A stretch of DNA of 64,000 nucleotides from Phycisphaerae bacterium (GTDB lineage: Bacteria; Planctomycetota; Phycisphaerae; SM23-33), in assembly GCA_011050235.1 (NCBI GenBank), contig DRGC01000022.1, forward strand, positions 128,827 through 192,826, read 5' to 3'. The translations under genes were made by a program, and so were the position numbers. The notes under the pieces were generated by a model. It was not told the origin of the DNA. It worked only from the letters and a program-made list of their open reading frames with translations, and searched no databases. Shown piece after piece: positions 10,267-20,025 of the stretch. Position 1 is the stretch's first letter, and each line of letters opens with the position of its first letter.

Positions 10267-10524
10267 GTGGCGGACCAACCCACCGACTTGCAGGAGATCG
10301 ACCCATCGCCAGCGCAGCACCGAAGGCAAGCCTTGGGATTCGGCCTGGGGGGCGTCTCGGGGCTCCTTATCGGGACCATCGCCGGCGTCCTCATCTACAG
10401 CCAGTTCACAACCTGGGACGCGTTCAGTAGATTCCTGGCTGCGGTCTTTCTCGGGGGCGTAACCTTCTTCGCCGGCGCCGTCTCGGGGGCCATCATCGGA
10501 AAAGCGACCGCCAAAGAGCGCTGA
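10267..10524 (+). CDS. Small two-TM membrane protein, unknown function
   Basis: 85-aa ORF with two Gly-rich hydrophobic helices. Confidence 0.55.
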   Translation: MADQPTDLQEIDPSPAQHRRQALGFGLGGVSGLLIGTIAGVLIYSQFTTWDAFSRFLAAVFLGGVTFFAGAVSGAIIGKATAKER

Positions 10525-10556
10525 AAGCTCTAGCTGTTGTCCCTGCCGAACGGGCA

Positions 10557-10597
10557 TAAAAAAGCCGGCCACACCGCTGAGCCGTGACCGGCTTTGT
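10557..10597. terminator. Probable bidirectional intrinsic terminator
   Basis: AAAAAAGCCGGCCAC...GTGACCGGCTTTGT inverted repeat between convergent transcripts; U-tract on the minus strand. Confidence 0.7.
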
Positions 10598-10602
10598 CAA
10601 AC

Positions 10603-10675
<73 letters not shown>

Positions 10676-10691
10676 CTAGCTGCGAGGGACG

Positions 10692-10721
10692 ATTGTACCT
10701 TACCCGGGCCGGGACCGTCAA
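10692..10721 (-). promoter_or_regulatory. sigma70-type promoter for tRNA-Arg
   Basis: TTGACG-N18-TACAAT just upstream of the tRNA. Confidence 0.7.
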
Positions 10722-10800
10722 GGTGGGTGCAAACCCGAGCCTGATGTGGGGGAATACCGTCCGCGCCGAGGCCGAAATTGTCCCCAAAAAACGTGGAAGC

Positions 10801-10809
10801 TGCTATAAT
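10801..10809 (+). promoter_or_regulatory. Extended -10 promoter element
   Basis: TGcTATAAT about 45 nt upstream of ATG 10853. Confidence 0.55.
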
Positions 10810-10852
10810 ATGGGACACGAGCATATCGCGCCGGCTGGAGGAACGATAGGCC

Positions 10853-12253
10853 ATGGTCTCATTGCGGATGACGGCTACCTGTGCATCCAAGACATCGCGC
10901 TGGGCGGCGATGGCTTGGGTTTGCTGTCTTTTGATGGCGGCGCCTGCGACGGCTTTGGTCGTCGAGGACCACGGCCCGTTCAGCGTGTCATTCTATGGCG
11001 CCGGCGACGGCGGCAGCGATACCGGCGTCGTGGGCGATCAGGACTGGACCCTTCAGCAGCGTCAAGACGTCGCCGCATCCGTTGACATCTGGGCATCTCA
11101 CATCACAGACACGCCCGGCCGACAGATCCAACTGCACGTCTTCTGGAGTGAGCTGGACAGTTATGGCACGAATGTGCTGGGCGGGTCCGCCAGTCGTCGA
11201 ACGTGGGACGGCAACACCATTTGGAACGCCGGCGAGTACGTGTGGCGCGAAGGCGTCAATTACGCCTCATCCGTCAACTTCGACACCTTTGTCCAGTTGG
11301 ATATCACGGCCGCCGGCGTGGGGGGCGGCTGGAACTTCGGGTCGGGCAATCCGGCGGGCAACGCCATCGATTTCCGCAGCGTGATAAGCCACGAGCTTGG
11401 TCATTCGCTGGGCTTTTCGGACTCCTACGACGCTAGTCGCAAGGATTTTGGATGGGTTGGGCCTCCCGTGAGATACGCGGGCTTGACCGAGTGGGACAAG
11501 TTCCTGATCGACAGCGACGGCACAACGGCCCCGGCCGGGGGAGGGCGGGCGCGCGACTTCAACGCCACCGACGATCCGGTCTTCTGGACCGGGCCGCTCG
11601 CCAATGACTACTACGGCCAGCCCGTGCCGATCTACGCGCCCGACCCGTTTGCACAAGGCTCGAGCATGGCGCACGTGGACCAAGCCAGCCTCTCCTACGC
11701 CCTGATGAGCCCGTGGATCAGCACGGGCCAGAGCCTTCGCGATCCCATCGGCGTCGAGTGGAAGATGATGCAGGACATGGGCTGGTCGGTCGTTTTCGCC
11801 CTTGGCGATTTCGATGAGGACGGCGACATCGACAGTGACGATATCAATCTTCTATGCGACAACGTAGGCGACCCGGCCTTCGACGTCGACGGCGACAACG
11901 ACGCCGACGAAGACGACCTGATCTATCTGGTGGAGAATCTGGTCGAGCTCAGCGACGGGTCGGGGCGCGTGGGAACGCAACGGGGCGATTTCAACCTCGA
12001 CGGGGTCGTCAACGCCACCGACCTGGCCATCATGAAAGACACGTTCGGCGCCAGCGGCGTCGGCTATGCCGGCGGCAACGCCAACTGCGATACCGTCGTC
12101 AATGCCACGGACCTAGCCATCCTGAAGGCCAACTTCGGTTTCTCGGCTCCCACAGGCGGCGGCGTTCCCGAACCGGCGACGCTGGGCTTGCTGGCCCTGG
12201 CCAGCTTTGCCCTGCTCAAGCGCCAACGTCGGCAACTTGCCGATCGGCGCTGA
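10853..12253 (+). CDS. PEP-CTERM surface protein with zincin-like domain and dockerin-like Ca-binding repeats
   Basis: Signal peptide; 'HELGHSLGF'; 'GDFDEDGDIDSDD', 'GDFNLDGVVNATDL'; C-terminal 'VPEPATLGLLAL...KRQRR'. Confidence 0.88.
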   Translation: MVSLRMTATCASKTSRWAAMAWVCCLLMAAPATALVVEDHGPFSVSFYGAGDGGSDTGVVGDQDWTLQQRQDVAASVDIWASHITDTPGRQIQLHVFWSELDSYGTNVLGGSASRRTWDGNTIWNAGEYVWREGVNYASSVNFDTFVQLDITAAGVGGGWNFGSGNPAGNAIDFRSVISHELGHSLGFSDSYDASRKDFGWVGPPVRYAGLTEWDKFLIDSDGTTAPAGGGRARDFNATDDPVFWTGPLANDYYGQPVPIYAPDPFAQGSSMAHVDQASLSYALMSPWISTGQSLRDPIGVEWKMMQDMGWSVVFALGDFDEDGDIDSDDINLLCDNVGDPAFDVDGDNDADEDDLIYLVENLVELSDGSGRVGTQRGDFNLDGVVNATDLAIMKDTFGASGVGYAGGNANCDTVVNATDLAILKANFGFSAPTGGGVPEPATLGLLALASFALLKRQRRQLADRR

Positions 12254-12475
12254 AACTCTCTCCCGTTCTGCGGGCATTCATCAGGCCCATTCCCTACCTG
12301 TTAATTTCTGACGTATCCAATGTCCATATCATATCTTGCGCTTAACTATCTCACTGAAGGCCCGGATGAACGAGTCCTGCCAGCCCAAAGATATTTCCTC
12401 AAGTCTTTGTTTTCCATGAGGATACATACCATGCCGGGCCGAGGTGATTCTAGGTCTTGTCCATCGAAGGTTTAC

Positions 12476-12502
12476 TAAAGCCCGCCGCCCATCCGCCGAT
12501 AC
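12476..12502 (+). promoter_or_regulatory. sigma28 (FliA/WhiG)-type promoter
   Basis: TAAA-N15-GCCGATAC, nearly the canonical TAAA-N15-GCCGATAA, 40 nt before the kinase ATG. Confidence 0.75.
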
Positions 12503-12541
12503 CGTAAAGGAGACTTTCTCAAGGAGCTTGGAGGATGGGCC

Positions 12542-14398
12542 ATGGCTGAGCGACTACCCGTTCGTACACTTGCGCAGAGGCTACGCAGCTTCGTGCGCAG
12601 CCGGACATCGTTGGCGTCGGTCGGTATCTTCGTAGCCGCCATCTTTTTCGCGTCGATGGGCACCACCGCATGGTGGGCGATCCGATCGCAGACGCAATCT
12701 CTCAAGCAGGGCCGGCTCGAGCAGGTCGCCAGTATCGGGCAGGTCCTGTCGCAAACCGCAGAGATCATGATGGCCAACAACGAGCTGTCGGCCGTGCGGC
12801 GAATTGTCTCGGAGACGTCCCAGACCTATAACCTCAAGCACTGCCGCATCGTCCTGCCGAGCGGCCAGGTTGTCGCCGACATCGACCCCAAGCAGATCGC
12901 GCTTGCGGACCTGCCGGGCACGTGGACGGGATCCGTACCAGGCAAGTGGGGCCAGATCCTCGAAACAGGACAAGGCAAGGAAGGCCTGGTCACAGAAGTG
13001 TTCGACCTTCGGGTCCCTGGGCGCGGCGAGGCGGCTCTTGTGATCACCGCACCCATTAATCCGGGGGCGGCGGCGTCCTGGCCTCTGCAGGTCAAGATCG
13101 GTTCGATCAGCGTAGGTGCGTTGATTGCGCTTCTGCTGCTGCACCACAACATGCAAATGCGGGCGCGGGCGATTCTCGCCGTTCGCCAGATCCTGCTCGA
13201 ACAAGACCTCGAGCGAATGTCTCTGGCAGCGATGGAGGTGGACCCCCGCTGGGGTCGCGAGGCGCAGGCCTGGAACACTCTCATACGCCAGACCGAACAG
13301 CAGCGCGAGCAATTGGCGAGGCGGCGGACGGGCGAATCGCTGCAGGACATCCGGGCCAACAACAGCGATCTCAGCGCAGCCTGCAACGCCCTGTGGCAGG
13401 GGTTGATCCTGGTCGACAAGGACCTGCGCGCCAAGTACGCCAACGGGGCGGCGGCCGTCTTGCTGCAGACCGATATCGCGAAGATTCTCGGCACCGATGT
13501 GACCGCTTTGCTGGGCGACCAGGAAGTCCTCGACGCCATCCGGACCGCCATCGACCAGCCCATGCGCCGCCGAACGATCGTGGAAGTTGAGCGGGTCGGA
13601 GAACACGCCACCAGCGTCTTGCGTTTTGTCGTGCGCCCGGTCCGGCGCGAGGACCCGGGCGTGGTCATGATTGTTGTCGAAGACATTACCCAACAGCGAA
13701 TCGCCGACAAGTCGCGCGGGGCCTTCATCGCCAACGCAACCCACGAACTCCGCGCGCCGCTGACGAACATTCGTCTGTACGTGGAGACCGCTTTGGACGA
13801 GGGCGCCCACGACAACGCCGTCCAGGCGGATTGCCTCAACGTCATCAACCAGGAGGCCCACCGCCTCGAGCGGATGGTGGCCGACGTCCTGTCGGTCGCG
13901 CAGATCGAGGCGGGTACGCTTCAACTGAAGAGGGATGACGTAAACCTGGCCCAGGTCTTCGGCGACCTGGAGCACGATTATGTGCTGCAGGCCAGCGACA
14001 AGGAGATCGAACTGGCGTTCGATCTGCCGCCCAACCTGCCCGTCATCCAGGCCGACCGCGACAAGGTGATCGCAGGCCTGCACAATCTGCTGTCCAACGC
14101 GCTGAAGTACACGCCCGCCGGCGGCAAGGTCACCGTCGCCGTCGCCATTGAGCCCCAGCAGATTGTCGTCGAGGTGACCGACACGGGCATCGGCATCAGC
14201 GACGAGGACACCGGACGAATCTTCGAGAAGTTCTACCGCGCCCATGACCGGCGCGTGCTGGATGTCTCCGGATCGGGCCTGGGGCTGGCGATCGCCCGCG
14301 AAGTAATCCGTCTGCACGGCGGGGACATCACCGTCCAATCCGCACCCGACAAGGGCAGCACATTCACGCTGGTGCTGCCGACCATGGAGGCCGCGTAA
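12542..14398 (+). CDS. Membrane sensor histidine kinase (2 TM, PAS, HisKA, HATPase)
   Basis: H-box 'THELRAPL', N-box 'NLLSNALKYT', 'DTGIGI', 'GSGLGL', 'GSTF'. Confidence 0.95.
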   Translation: MAERLPVRTLAQRLRSFVRSRTSLASVGIFVAAIFFASMGTTAWWAIRSQTQSLKQGRLEQVASIGQVLSQTAEIMMANNELSAVRRIVSETSQTYNLKHCRIVLPSGQVVADIDPKQIALADLPGTWTGSVPGKWGQILETGQGKEGLVTEVFDLRVPGRGEAALVITAPINPGAAASWPLQVKIGSISVGALIALLLLHHNMQMRARAILAVRQILLEQDLERMSLAAMEVDPRWGREAQAWNTLIRQTEQQREQLARRRTGESLQDIRANNSDLSAACNALWQGLILVDKDLRAKYANGAAAVLLQTDIAKILGTDVTALLGDQEVLDAIRTAIDQPMRRRTIVEVERVGEHATSVLRFVVRPVRREDPGVVMIVVEDITQQRIADKSRGAFIANATHELRAPLTNIRLYVETALDEGAHDNAVQADCLNVINQEAHRLERMVADVLSVAQIEAGTLQLKRDDVNLAQVFGDLEHDYVLQASDKEIELAFDLPPNLPVIQADRDKVIAGLHNLLSNALKYTPAGGKVTVAVAIEPQQIVVEVTDTGIGISDEDTGRIFEKFYRAHDRRVLDVSGSGLGLAIAREVIRLHGGDITVQSAPDKGSTFTLVLPTMEAA

Positions 14399-14399
14399 C

Positions 14400-14735
14400 G
14401 TGCTTCTTCAGGAACAACAGAACGGGGCCGTCATCGTTCTCAAACCCGACGGGCCTTTGGTCACCGAAGACGCCGACCAGTTCAAGCAACGCGCCCTGGA
14501 CCTGCTTCACCGCAGCTTGGGGCGATACGTCGTGGATGCCTCGGACATCCCCTACGTTGACAGCCGCGGCCTGGAGGCGCTGCTCGAGGTGAACGACGAG
14601 ATGTTCCAGACCGGCCACGCCCTGAAGATCGCCGGCGTCAACGACACGGTGCGCCAGGTGCTGGAGTTGACGAATCTTTCACACACGTTCGAACACTTTG
14701 CCGACGTCAACGCGGCGGTCAGGAGCTTCCTGTGA
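14400..14735 (+). CDS. STAS domain protein (anti-sigma factor antagonist-like)
   Basis: 111 aa, 'VVDASDIPYVDSRGL' with the conserved Ser, 'VLELTNL'. Confidence 0.9.
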   Translation: MLLQEQQNGAVIVLKPDGPLVTEDADQFKQRALDLLHRSLGRYVVDASDIPYVDSRGLEALLEVNDEMFQTGHALKIAGVNDTVRQVLELTNLSHTFEHFADVNAAVRSFL

Positions 14736-16480
14736 GTGACAAGGCGCCCAAACCCCGCCTTGGCGAAGCGCTCGTCAATCAGGGCCTGCTCGACAAGGCC
14801 CAACTGGACAGCGCTCTGGCCGAGCAGAAGTCCACCGGACAGATGTTGGGCGAGACGCTCGCCGCCCAGGGCGTCATCCGCCCGACGATTCTCATCCGCA
14901 TGCTGGCCGATCAGCTGGGCCTCCCGGGCTGCCTGCTGCGACACGGATTGATCGACCCGAGCCTGCTGCCGCTGATCGGTGAGGAAGAGGCCGAGCGACT
15001 GATGGCGCTGCCGATGTTCAAGGTAGGCGATACGCTCACCGTGGCGATGGCCCAGCCTCAGTCGCTGCCGCGGATCGACCGCCTGCAACAGTTGACCGGT
15101 TGCAAGATCAATCCGGTGTTGGCCTTCGAGTCCAACATCGTCGAGTTCATCAAGAAGTACGCCGGCGGGGATATCGACGTCAACGCATTCCTGGCCACCC
15201 TCGGCGATTCCGACGTGGAGGTCGTCGAGCGCGAGACCGTCGACGAAGGACCCGTCACCGATCTGGACAACATGGTCGCCGGCAGCCCGGTGGTGAACCT
15301 GATCAACGTCGCCGTTCTGACGGCCATCAAGGACTGCGCCAGCGACATTCACATCGAACCCAGCAAGCAAAGCACGCGGATCCGCTACCGCATCGACGGG
15401 GCGCTGCGCGACCTGATGCGACCCCCAGCCGGCATGCACGCGGCCATCGTGTCGCGCGTGAAGGTCATCGGCAAGATGAACATCGCTGAGAAACGCGTCC
15501 CCCAGGAGGGTCGGGTCCGAATTTTCGCCGACGGGCGAGAAATCGACCTGCGCATCTCCAGCATGCCCACGCTGCTGGGCGAGAAGCTGGTCATTCGAAT
15601 CCTCGACAAACAGAACCTGCACGTTCGCCTGGAGGATCTGGGCTTCCACCCCGAGGCGATGGAATCGTTCACCCGCATGCTGCACCAGTCCTACGGCCTG
15701 GTGCTGGTGACCGGGCCGACCGGCAGCGGCAAGACGACCACGCTGTACTCGGCCTTGTCGCTGCTGCGAAACCCCGAGCTGAACATCGTCACGGTCGAAG
15801 ATCCCGTCGAGTATCAACTCGACATGATCAATCAGGTGCAGGTGCAACAGTCGGTCGGAATGACGTTCGCCAACGTGCTTCGCAGCATGTTGCGGCAGGA
15901 CCCGGACATCATCATGGTCGGCGAGATCCGCGACCAAGAAACCACCAGCGTGGCCGTCCAGGCAGCCCTGACCGGCCACCTGGTGCTGGCGACGCTGCAC
16001 ACCAACAACGCGCCGGGCGCGGTGGCCCGGCTGCTGGACATGAACACCGAGCCCTACCTGCTGGCCAGCGCCCTGCAGGGCGTGATCGCCCAGCGGCTGG
16101 CCCGAACGGTCTGCGGCAACTGCGAGACCAAGTACTACCCCAGCGACGACCTCATGCTGGAAGCGGACCTGGTCGGGAGAACCGACCAGGTCTTTCGCAC
16201 CGGCACCGGGTGCGAGCGGTGCCACAATTCCGGCTTCCACGGTCGAACGGGTGTGTACGAGGTCCTGTCTATCACCTCCGACATTCGGCGAATGATCCAC
16301 CGCGCAGCGCCCACGCACGAATTGCGTGAGGCGATGTGCCGCGCCGGCGCCCTGACACTGCGGCAGGCTGCCGTCCAGATCGCCCTCCAGGGCCAGACCA
16401 ACCTGGAAGAGGCCCTGTCGATCTCCGCCAGCGAGGATAACAACGACGCTGAGAAGTTTCCGGAACAGGACGCCGCATGA
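14732..16480 (+). CDS. GspE/PilB family extension ATPase with MshEN-type N-terminus
   Basis: 'RLGEALVNQGLLDKAQLDSALAEQ', 'ASDIHIEP', GPTGSGKT, 'LRQDPDIIMVGEIRD', CxxC...CxxC. Confidence 0.95.
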   Translation: MSDKAPKPRLGEALVNQGLLDKAQLDSALAEQKSTGQMLGETLAAQGVIRPTILIRMLADQLGLPGCLLRHGLIDPSLLPLIGEEEAERLMALPMFKVGDTLTVAMAQPQSLPRIDRLQQLTGCKINPVLAFESNIVEFIKKYAGGDIDVNAFLATLGDSDVEVVERETVDEGPVTDLDNMVAGSPVVNLINVAVLTAIKDCASDIHIEPSKQSTRIRYRIDGALRDLMRPPAGMHAAIVSRVKVIGKMNIAEKRVPQEGRVRIFADGREIDLRISSMPTLLGEKLVIRILDKQNLHVRLEDLGFHPEAMESFTRMLHQSYGLVLVTGPTGSGKTTTLYSALSLLRNPELNIVTVEDPVEYQLDMINQVQVQQSVGMTFANVLRSMLRQDPDIIMVGEIRDQETTSVAVQAALTGHLVLATLHTNNAPGAVARLLDMNTEPYLLASALQGVIAQRLARTVCGNCETKYYPSDDLMLEADLVGRTDQVFRTGTGCERCHNSGFHGRTGVYEVLSITSDIRRMIHRAAPTHELREAMCRAGALTLRQAAVQIALQGQTNLEEALSISASEDNNDAEKFPEQDAA

Positions 16481-17694
16481 AACTGGCCTATACAGCCTAC
16501 GATCAGACGGGCCAGGAAGTCACGGCCACCATCGACGCCCCCAACGCCGCCGATGCCACCGAGGCGCTGCGCCGCAAGGGGCTGTTCGTCTCGACAATCG
16601 GCGAACAGACCGGCCAGGCCGCCGCATCAACGGCCCCCACCTGCAAGGTCCGGAGCAAGTCTAAGAGGCTCAAGTACCTCTCCGGCTTCATGCGTCAGTT
16701 GCACGTGTTGGTCTCGTGCGGCACGCCGCTGGTGGAGGCCCTGAAGGCGCTGGAACGCCAGGCAGCCAAGGATGAGCGCTGGCACCAGATCCTGGTGGAC
16801 GTCCGTTCGCGCGTGGAAGAAGGCGTGCCGCTCTCGTCGGCGATGGACACCCACCCGGACGTATTCGATTCGGTCTGCCAAAGCCTCATCGCCGCCAGCG
16901 AGTCGACCGGCGACCTGCCGGCTATGCTCGACTGGTTGGCGATCACCAGCCGAAAACAACTGCGCATCCGCAACGTCATCACCGGCGCGATGATGTATCC
17001 TGCCTTGCTGTTGTGTATCACCGTCGGCGTATTTGCCATGGTGCTGCTGTTCGTGATTCCGCGTTTTGGGGATCTGTTCAAGACGCTGGATGTCCCCCTG
17101 CCGCCCACCACGGCCGTGCTGATCAATACGAGCGCGTTCCTGCAGTCCTATTGGTGGGCAATCGGCCTGCTCGTCGGCACCGCGACGGTGGGGCTGATGG
17201 TGTGGACCTCTCGTCCGGCCGGGCGACGCGCGTTGGACACCCTTGTCCTGCACCTGCCGCAGTTCGGCCGCCTGGTGAGGGACTTCATCACCGCCCGCAT
17301 CGCCCGCCTGCTGGGCGGGTTGCTCCAAGGTCATGTCTCCGTCCTGGAGGCCCTGGAGCTGACGAAAAAATCCGTTAAGAACTACCACTATGTCGAGCTG
17401 ATCGACCGCGCCCGCGAGGCCGTCATCCAGGGCCAGCCCCTCAGCATAGCCTTCAAGGACACCGACCTGATCAGCCCGTCGGTCTACGAGGCCATCCGCA
17501 ACGGCGAGGCCAGCGGACAGATCGCGCCGCTGCTGCTGAATCTGTCGGACTTCCTGGACGAAGACAACGAGGTCGTCATCCGGTCGCTGACCAGCATTAT
17601 CGAGCCGATCATTCTGGTCGGCATGGGCCTGCTGGTGGGCACGCTGGCGCTGGGAATATTCATGCCGCTATTCGACCTGACCTCCATGATGTAG
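16477..17694 (+). CDS. GspF/PilC inner-membrane platform protein
   Basis: Two T2SSF repeats, 'MMYP', 'GEASG', 'IIEP'. Confidence 0.94.
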   Translation: MKLAYTAYDQTGQEVTATIDAPNAADATEALRRKGLFVSTIGEQTGQAAASTAPTCKVRSKSKRLKYLSGFMRQLHVLVSCGTPLVEALKALERQAAKDERWHQILVDVRSRVEEGVPLSSAMDTHPDVFDSVCQSLIAASESTGDLPAMLDWLAITSRKQLRIRNVITGAMMYPALLLCITVGVFAMVLLFVIPRFGDLFKTLDVPLPPTTAVLINTSAFLQSYWWAIGLLVGTATVGLMVWTSRPAGRRALDTLVLHLPQFGRLVRDFITARIARLLGGLLQGHVSVLEALELTKKSVKNYHYVELIDRAREAVIQGQPLSIAFKDTDLISPSVYEAIRNGEASGQIAPLLLNLSDFLDEDNEVVIRSLTSIIEPIILVGMGLLVGTLALGIFMPLFDLTSMM

Positions 17695-17705
17695 GGAGAT
17701 GCATA

Positions 17706-18758
17706 ATGGTGCACCTGAACAAGACTCAATCCCCGATCGGCATCAGCCTGGACGAGCAGTTCATCAAGGCCGCCCAGCTATCCCGCCATGGCGGCCAGTG
17801 GCGCCTAGACTCCGCCGTACGGATTCCGCGCGATCGGCCGGGGGCCGCCATCGAGGCGCAGGAGGTGCGGGGGCTCCGCGATGTGCTGGCCCGCCAGGGC
17901 TTCGTCGGCCGACGCGTCGTCGTGGGCCTGCCTGCCCAGGTGCTGCTTGGCAGCCTGCTGGAGTTGCCTCCTCGTTCGTCCGGCGCGCCGGTGGAGATGC
18001 TGGCTCGGGCGGAACTGGCCCGCATGCATGATTGCGACCCCCACTCCATCGAGACGGCCTGTTGGGACCTGCCCGGCGAGCGCCAGACCAAGGACACCAC
18101 GCACATGATGGCCCTGGCCTGCCCGCATGAGGTCGCCGAAGGGCTTCTAGACGCCTTCGAGCAGGCCGGCTTGGATGTCGAGGCCCTCGACAGCGAGTTG
18201 CACGCCACGGCCCGCGCGTGCGGCGAGCTGCTGTCCCCCGACGGCGTCACCGCGATCCTCGCATTGGGTTGGGATGCCGTCGTGCTGAACATGATGCACC
18301 AGGGACAGATCGTCTACCACCGCGCGATGGCTGAGGTGAGCATGAAACACCAGGCCTCCGCTCTGGCCGAGCTGCTCGAAGTCGAACCGGCGACGATCGA
18401 TGCGGTCTGGGCTCAGCACAACAACACCGCCCCGCAGCAGCGCTCGGCGGAAGAGACGGCCCTGCTGGAAACCATCGCCGGCATCCTGGAGACCCACTGG
18501 GAAGAAATCGTCGCGGACCTGGAAGCGCCCTTCGCCTACATCCAAAGCGAACACACAGGCCGCGAGATCGAGCGGCTGCTGCTGACCGGCTTCGGCGCCG
18601 CCACAGGCAACGTGGCCGAGTTCTTCGAAGATCACCTGCACCTGATGACGCAGGTCGTTGCGCCGATGGACGCCGTCTCCTGTTCGCCGGCGCTGGGCGA
18701 CAAGGCCCGCGATCCGTCCCTGACCGTAGCCGTCGGCCTGGCCAGGTTCACGGAGTAA
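17706..18758 (+). CDS. pilM: PilM-like protein
   Basis: 'PIGISL...IKAAQL', 'LLLTGFGA', C-terminal 'VAVGLA'; operon position. Confidence 0.82.
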   Translation: MVHLNKTQSPIGISLDEQFIKAAQLSRHGGQWRLDSAVRIPRDRPGAAIEAQEVRGLRDVLARQGFVGRRVVVGLPAQVLLGSLLELPPRSSGAPVEMLARAELARMHDCDPHSIETACWDLPGERQTKDTTHMMALACPHEVAEGLLDAFEQAGLDVEALDSELHATARACGELLSPDGVTAILALGWDAVVLNMMHQGQIVYHRAMAEVSMKHQASALAELLEVEPATIDAVWAQHNNTAPQQRSAEETALLETIAGILETHWEEIVADLEAPFAYIQSEHTGREIERLLLTGFGAATGNVAEFFEDHLHLMTQVVAPMDAVSCSPALGDKARDPSLTVAVGLARFTE

Positions 18759-18765
18759 CTGTCCC

Positions 18766-19419
18766 ATGACCAGTCCGAACTTCATCCCCGCTCACCGCCT
18801 GGCCGCTCAGCAGCGACGCCGTCGCTGTCGCCTGTGGATTGTTGCCTGCATCGCCTACGCGGCCGGTCTGCTGGTCGCCTCGACCGGCGGCAGCGCGCTA
18901 TGGCATGACGATACCAACGCACTGACCGGCCGAACCGCTGCGACCATCGAGCAAATCGATCACGACGAGCGGGCCACCAAGCGCTTGCAAGACAAACTGG
19001 CCGTCGCGAGGGTTATGCTGCAGGCCAATCGGGCCGTCGCCGACCAGCCCGACTGGAGCATCCTGTTGGCGGCGGTGGCCGACTGTCTCGATGACGATGT
19101 GTTTCTAACGCGATTCGATCTTCAGCCGGCCCCCAAGATTGTCCCCCCGCCTCGGTTGCCCCAGATGCCGGGCCAGCCGTGGCGGCCGCCGCGACCGACC
19201 GCCTCGACGGCCACCAACCTTGTCACCCTGGTCGGATTCGGCCGGACGCAAGCAGATGTGTCGCACTTCGTGGACCGATTGGAGCGGACCGGCCTGTTCG
19301 ACAAGGTCAAGATCCTGCGCACCAAGCGTCGCCAACTGCTGACGGGGGTGGCGGTGGCCTTCGACCTGGGGTGCCTGATGGGTGAACACAGCCCGAGGAG
19401 TCGCCGTGACCTCCCTTGA
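18766..19419 (+). CDS. pilN: PilN-like protein
   Basis: N-terminal 'PNFIP', basic stretch, TM, coiled coil, 'FVDRLERTGLF'. Confidence 0.8.
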   Translation: MTSPNFIPAHRLAAQQRRRRCRLWIVACIAYAAGLLVASTGGSALWHDDTNALTGRTAATIEQIDHDERATKRLQDKLAVARVMLQANRAVADQPDWSILLAAVADCLDDDVFLTRFDLQPAPKIVPPPRLPQMPGQPWRPPRPTASTATNLVTLVGFGRTQADVSHFVDRLERTGLFDKVKILRTKRRQLLTGVAVAFDLGCLMGEHSPRSRRDLP

Positions 19420-19978
19420 GACAACATGGACGAAGTGGCGCGTCGACCTGATCGGCGCGGCCGTTCTGGTCGTGCTGACGAGCGTGTTCGTCCTGGGGCC
19501 CGTGCGGGGGGGGCTTCGCCAGCGCGCCGTCGCCAAGGTGCAGCGGACCGAACTGGCCGCCCAGGAGAGCCGCTTGGCGCAAGCCGACAGGATTCTGATG
19601 GCCGTCAAGAAGGACTACGGCGCCGTGGAGGCCCGACTAGCCCAAAGCGCCCTGCACCTGGAGCCCAGCGCCAACGTCAACAGCCGGTTGGCTAGGATCT
19701 CCGAACTGGCCATCGAGGCGGGCTTGCAGATCGACGAGATCAAACCCGGCGCTCCCTTGATGGGCGAGCACTATGAAACTGTGCCCATCTTCCTGGCAGG
19801 CAATGGGACGTACCGTCAATGCGCCGTGTTCTTGCATCAACTGAGGCAGGCCCTGCCGGACACGGGCGCCGAATCCCTGGAACTCAGCGGGAATGCGGCC
19901 GCGCCGGCCGCGACCGGAACGTTCCGCTTTAACCTGCACTGGCATGCGGCGCCGCCAACACAAACCGCGATGAAATAG
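19406..19978 (+). CDS. pilO: PilO-like protein
   Basis: GTG start after GAGGAG; TM + coiled coil; 'GTYRQCAVFL'. Confidence 0.78.
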   Translation: MTSLETTWTKWRVDLIGAAVLVVLTSVFVLGPVRGGLRQRAVAKVQRTELAAQESRLAQADRILMAVKKDYGAVEARLAQSALHLEPSANVNSRLARISELAIEAGLQIDEIKPGAPLMGEHYETVPIFLAGNGTYRQCAVFLHQLRQALPDTGAESLELSGNAAAPAATGTFRFNLHWHAAPPTQTAMK

Positions 19979-20025
19979 GCTCTTGCGAGGCCTCCGGGCC
20001 GAACGAATTCTATCATTATATTGGC

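Noticed and set aside
12581..16318. Long antisense ORFs (585 aa, 588 aa; likewise 2542-4083, 26973-28568, 39001-41025, 46627-48225)
   Set aside because: Shadow frames of well-supported genes in high-GC DNA, with no family motifs.
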